Shown here piece after piece: positions 62,177 through 64,000 of a stretch of 64,000 nt of DNA. Within the stretch, counting starts at the first letter, position 1. Every line of letters starts with the position of its first letter. The DNA comes from Takakia lepidozioides (lineage: Eukaryota > Plantae > Bryophyta), in assembly GCA_030704615.1 (NCBI GenBank), contig CM060731.1, positions 14,136,001 through 14,200,000 on the forward strand, written 5' to 3'. The translations under genes and the position numbers were made by a program. The notes beneath the pieces were generated by a model. It ran no database searches, was not told the DNA's origin, and saw nothing but the letters and a program-made list of their open reading frames with translations.

Positions 62177-64000
62177 TGTCCATGTGTGAATTGGCCACCC
62201 AGCAGCACCTGTCATCGCTATGATAGCCCTCAAAGTTGACTAGCAAAGAACTGGAGCAAAAGTTTCTTTGTAATCAATCCAGTGTTGTTGCTCTATGCCT
62301 CTAGCCATAAGTCGTGCTTTGAGACGAGTCCTGGTTGGATTGTTGAGGTCAATGATGGGCTTAGCGCTATAAATCCATCTGGCCGACAGTGGAGGTCTAT
62401 CCGATGGTAACTCAGTCAGTTCCCAAGTCTTGTTCTTCAGCAAAGACTCAAATTTTTCCCGCATTACAGCATTCCAACCCCATCATTGAATGCCTCAGAG
62501 AAAGTGATAGAATCAGTCACGGGGTCACTAATTTCCACAACGTACAGTTCCATGTCATCTGGTAAGTAGAGCTCAAAATCATTGTATTTGTTCAGAATTT
62601 TTCATCTTGAAGCCCTATTAAAACGGTGAGTAGGCTGCATAGGCCGTTAGCTAGTATTTGACGTAGAAGCTTCATTGGTGGAATCAATCTGCCGCTGAGG
62701 TTCCAATGAAGGTCTGTCCTCATCAGTAGCAGCTTCAAAGTGTTGCTCTAGTTCAGGCTGCTCATGCTGATGATGTTCTTGGGCAATCTCATTCTCTGGC
62801 TTACGAGGGTGAGGCTGATCTGGACCAAGAACAAGCAACAATTCATCGAAGAATGTGGGAGGATGAGGTACATGCTGGAAATCCCCAGGCGCGTCTTCAA
62901 CAAAGTATTCGACGACGAAGTGGATCGTAGTACCAGGAGCCTTTAGTTTAAGTATCTTAACCAACAAGAACTGCCTGAACTGCCTTAGTATGAAGTTTGG
63001 ACCTAAATTGAGAGGGAATATGGACAAAGGCAATACATCCGAGAACAAGGAGATGATAAAGGTTGGGTTTATTACCGTCGAGTGCTTGAAAATGGGTTTT
63101 AAGATGTAGAGCCCGAGTACAACAACGGTTAAGGACGTAGGCAGTAGCACGAATATCTTCCATCCAGACGAAACTGGGGAATTTGGAGTCTATGAAGATA
63201 GCACGAGCAGCTTCGAGCAAAGTCCGATTCTTCCGCTCAACAACACCATTTTGATGTAGGGTGCTGGGAGCAGTCAATTGCGACGAATTCCATGGTAGTA
63301 GCAGTATTGAAGAAAGTCATGAGACATGTACTCGCCACCACGGTTTGTCCTCAGACAGGAAATTCTCGACTGGAATTGACTTTCAATCATGGCCTTGAAC
63401 TCCTTAAAACAAGCAAAAGTTTCACTTTTATTAGCGAGAAAATACACCCAAGTAAAGCGAGAGTAATCGTCAATCAATGTTAAAACATACTTGGCAGAAA
63501 CAGTCATTTTACTGGTCCACATAAGTCCGAATGTATCTGCTGAAATGGTCGGGTTGTTTGTTGTTTGGAATTCTTTCGCGATGCTACTTAGCAATTTATG
63601 CAAGAGGTGCATGTTCGTTTGGCCAATGGAAGTTTGGGAATCCATGTGACTAGCTTCTTAGTCGTCATATGATAAGCCGATTGGAAATTAAGATGACCAA
63701 GCCGCATGTGCCAAAGATCGACCACATCAATATCGGTTTGTGAATTTTAAGAACTTGGGGTGGTTTTGAAACAACCTCGTGTAACAGATATATGTGGATG
63801 ACAATGATTGAATGAAGGAAGAGAAATGATACCTCGTGAATATCGATGCGCGTGTTGGCCAGGCAATGCAGCAGAAAGACGATACAAGTTGTTACGTGGA
63901 TTTCGAATAGCTTGAAGAGCAACAAGCTGAGGATTATCTTCATCAAACAGTACGTAACAAGCTTTGGAATAAAAAAGAATAAGATGCCCAACATGATCTG

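Larger units (their letters stand above)
59755..64000 (-). mobile_element. Ty1/Copia element (decayed, runs off window); 3' LTR ~59755-60019
   Basis: QNGVVERKNRTL, KARLMARG, KLQKSLYGLKQSP, LLYVDDLLV, TRPNLSYAV, STTKAEY, RTKHIEAKHHFIRE; PPT AGAGAGGG then TGTTG. Confidence 0.93.

Overview
Eukaryotic, intron-containing, TE-rich land-plant DNA. A bryophyte or other non-seed plant is likely, inferred from a Tcn1-like chromovirus, PLS-class PPR fragments and gene style; this is not a database result. Host genes: two tandem HMA-domain genes, a TRM8/METTL1 tRNA m7G methyltransferase gene cut in its third exon, dihydroorotase, homocysteine S-methyltransferase, an ABA2-like SDR, and PPR and peroxiredoxin-IIF fragments. 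The rest is mobile DNA: L1-type LINE, chromovirus, Copia pieces, CACTA and MITE non-autonomous elements, a Helentron-type rolling-circle element, and an ~11.7 kb Ty3/Gypsy element. The standout is that Gypsy element (34254-45992, minus). It carries a DNMT3-like C5 cytosine methyltransferase with motifs I, II, IV, VI, VIII, IX and X between protease and RT, a PHD finger after integrase, and unknown ORFs upstream of gag. Its PBS is complementary to its own LTR (self-priming), and its LTRs are circularly permuted like an integrated 2-LTR circle or split direct repeats. Other structural signals: a TSD-supported ~6.7 kb inversion through the chromovirus 3' LTR, and a distant copy of the HMA2 flanks joined with the gene missing. 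Everything was read by eye; boundaries are approximate unless stated.
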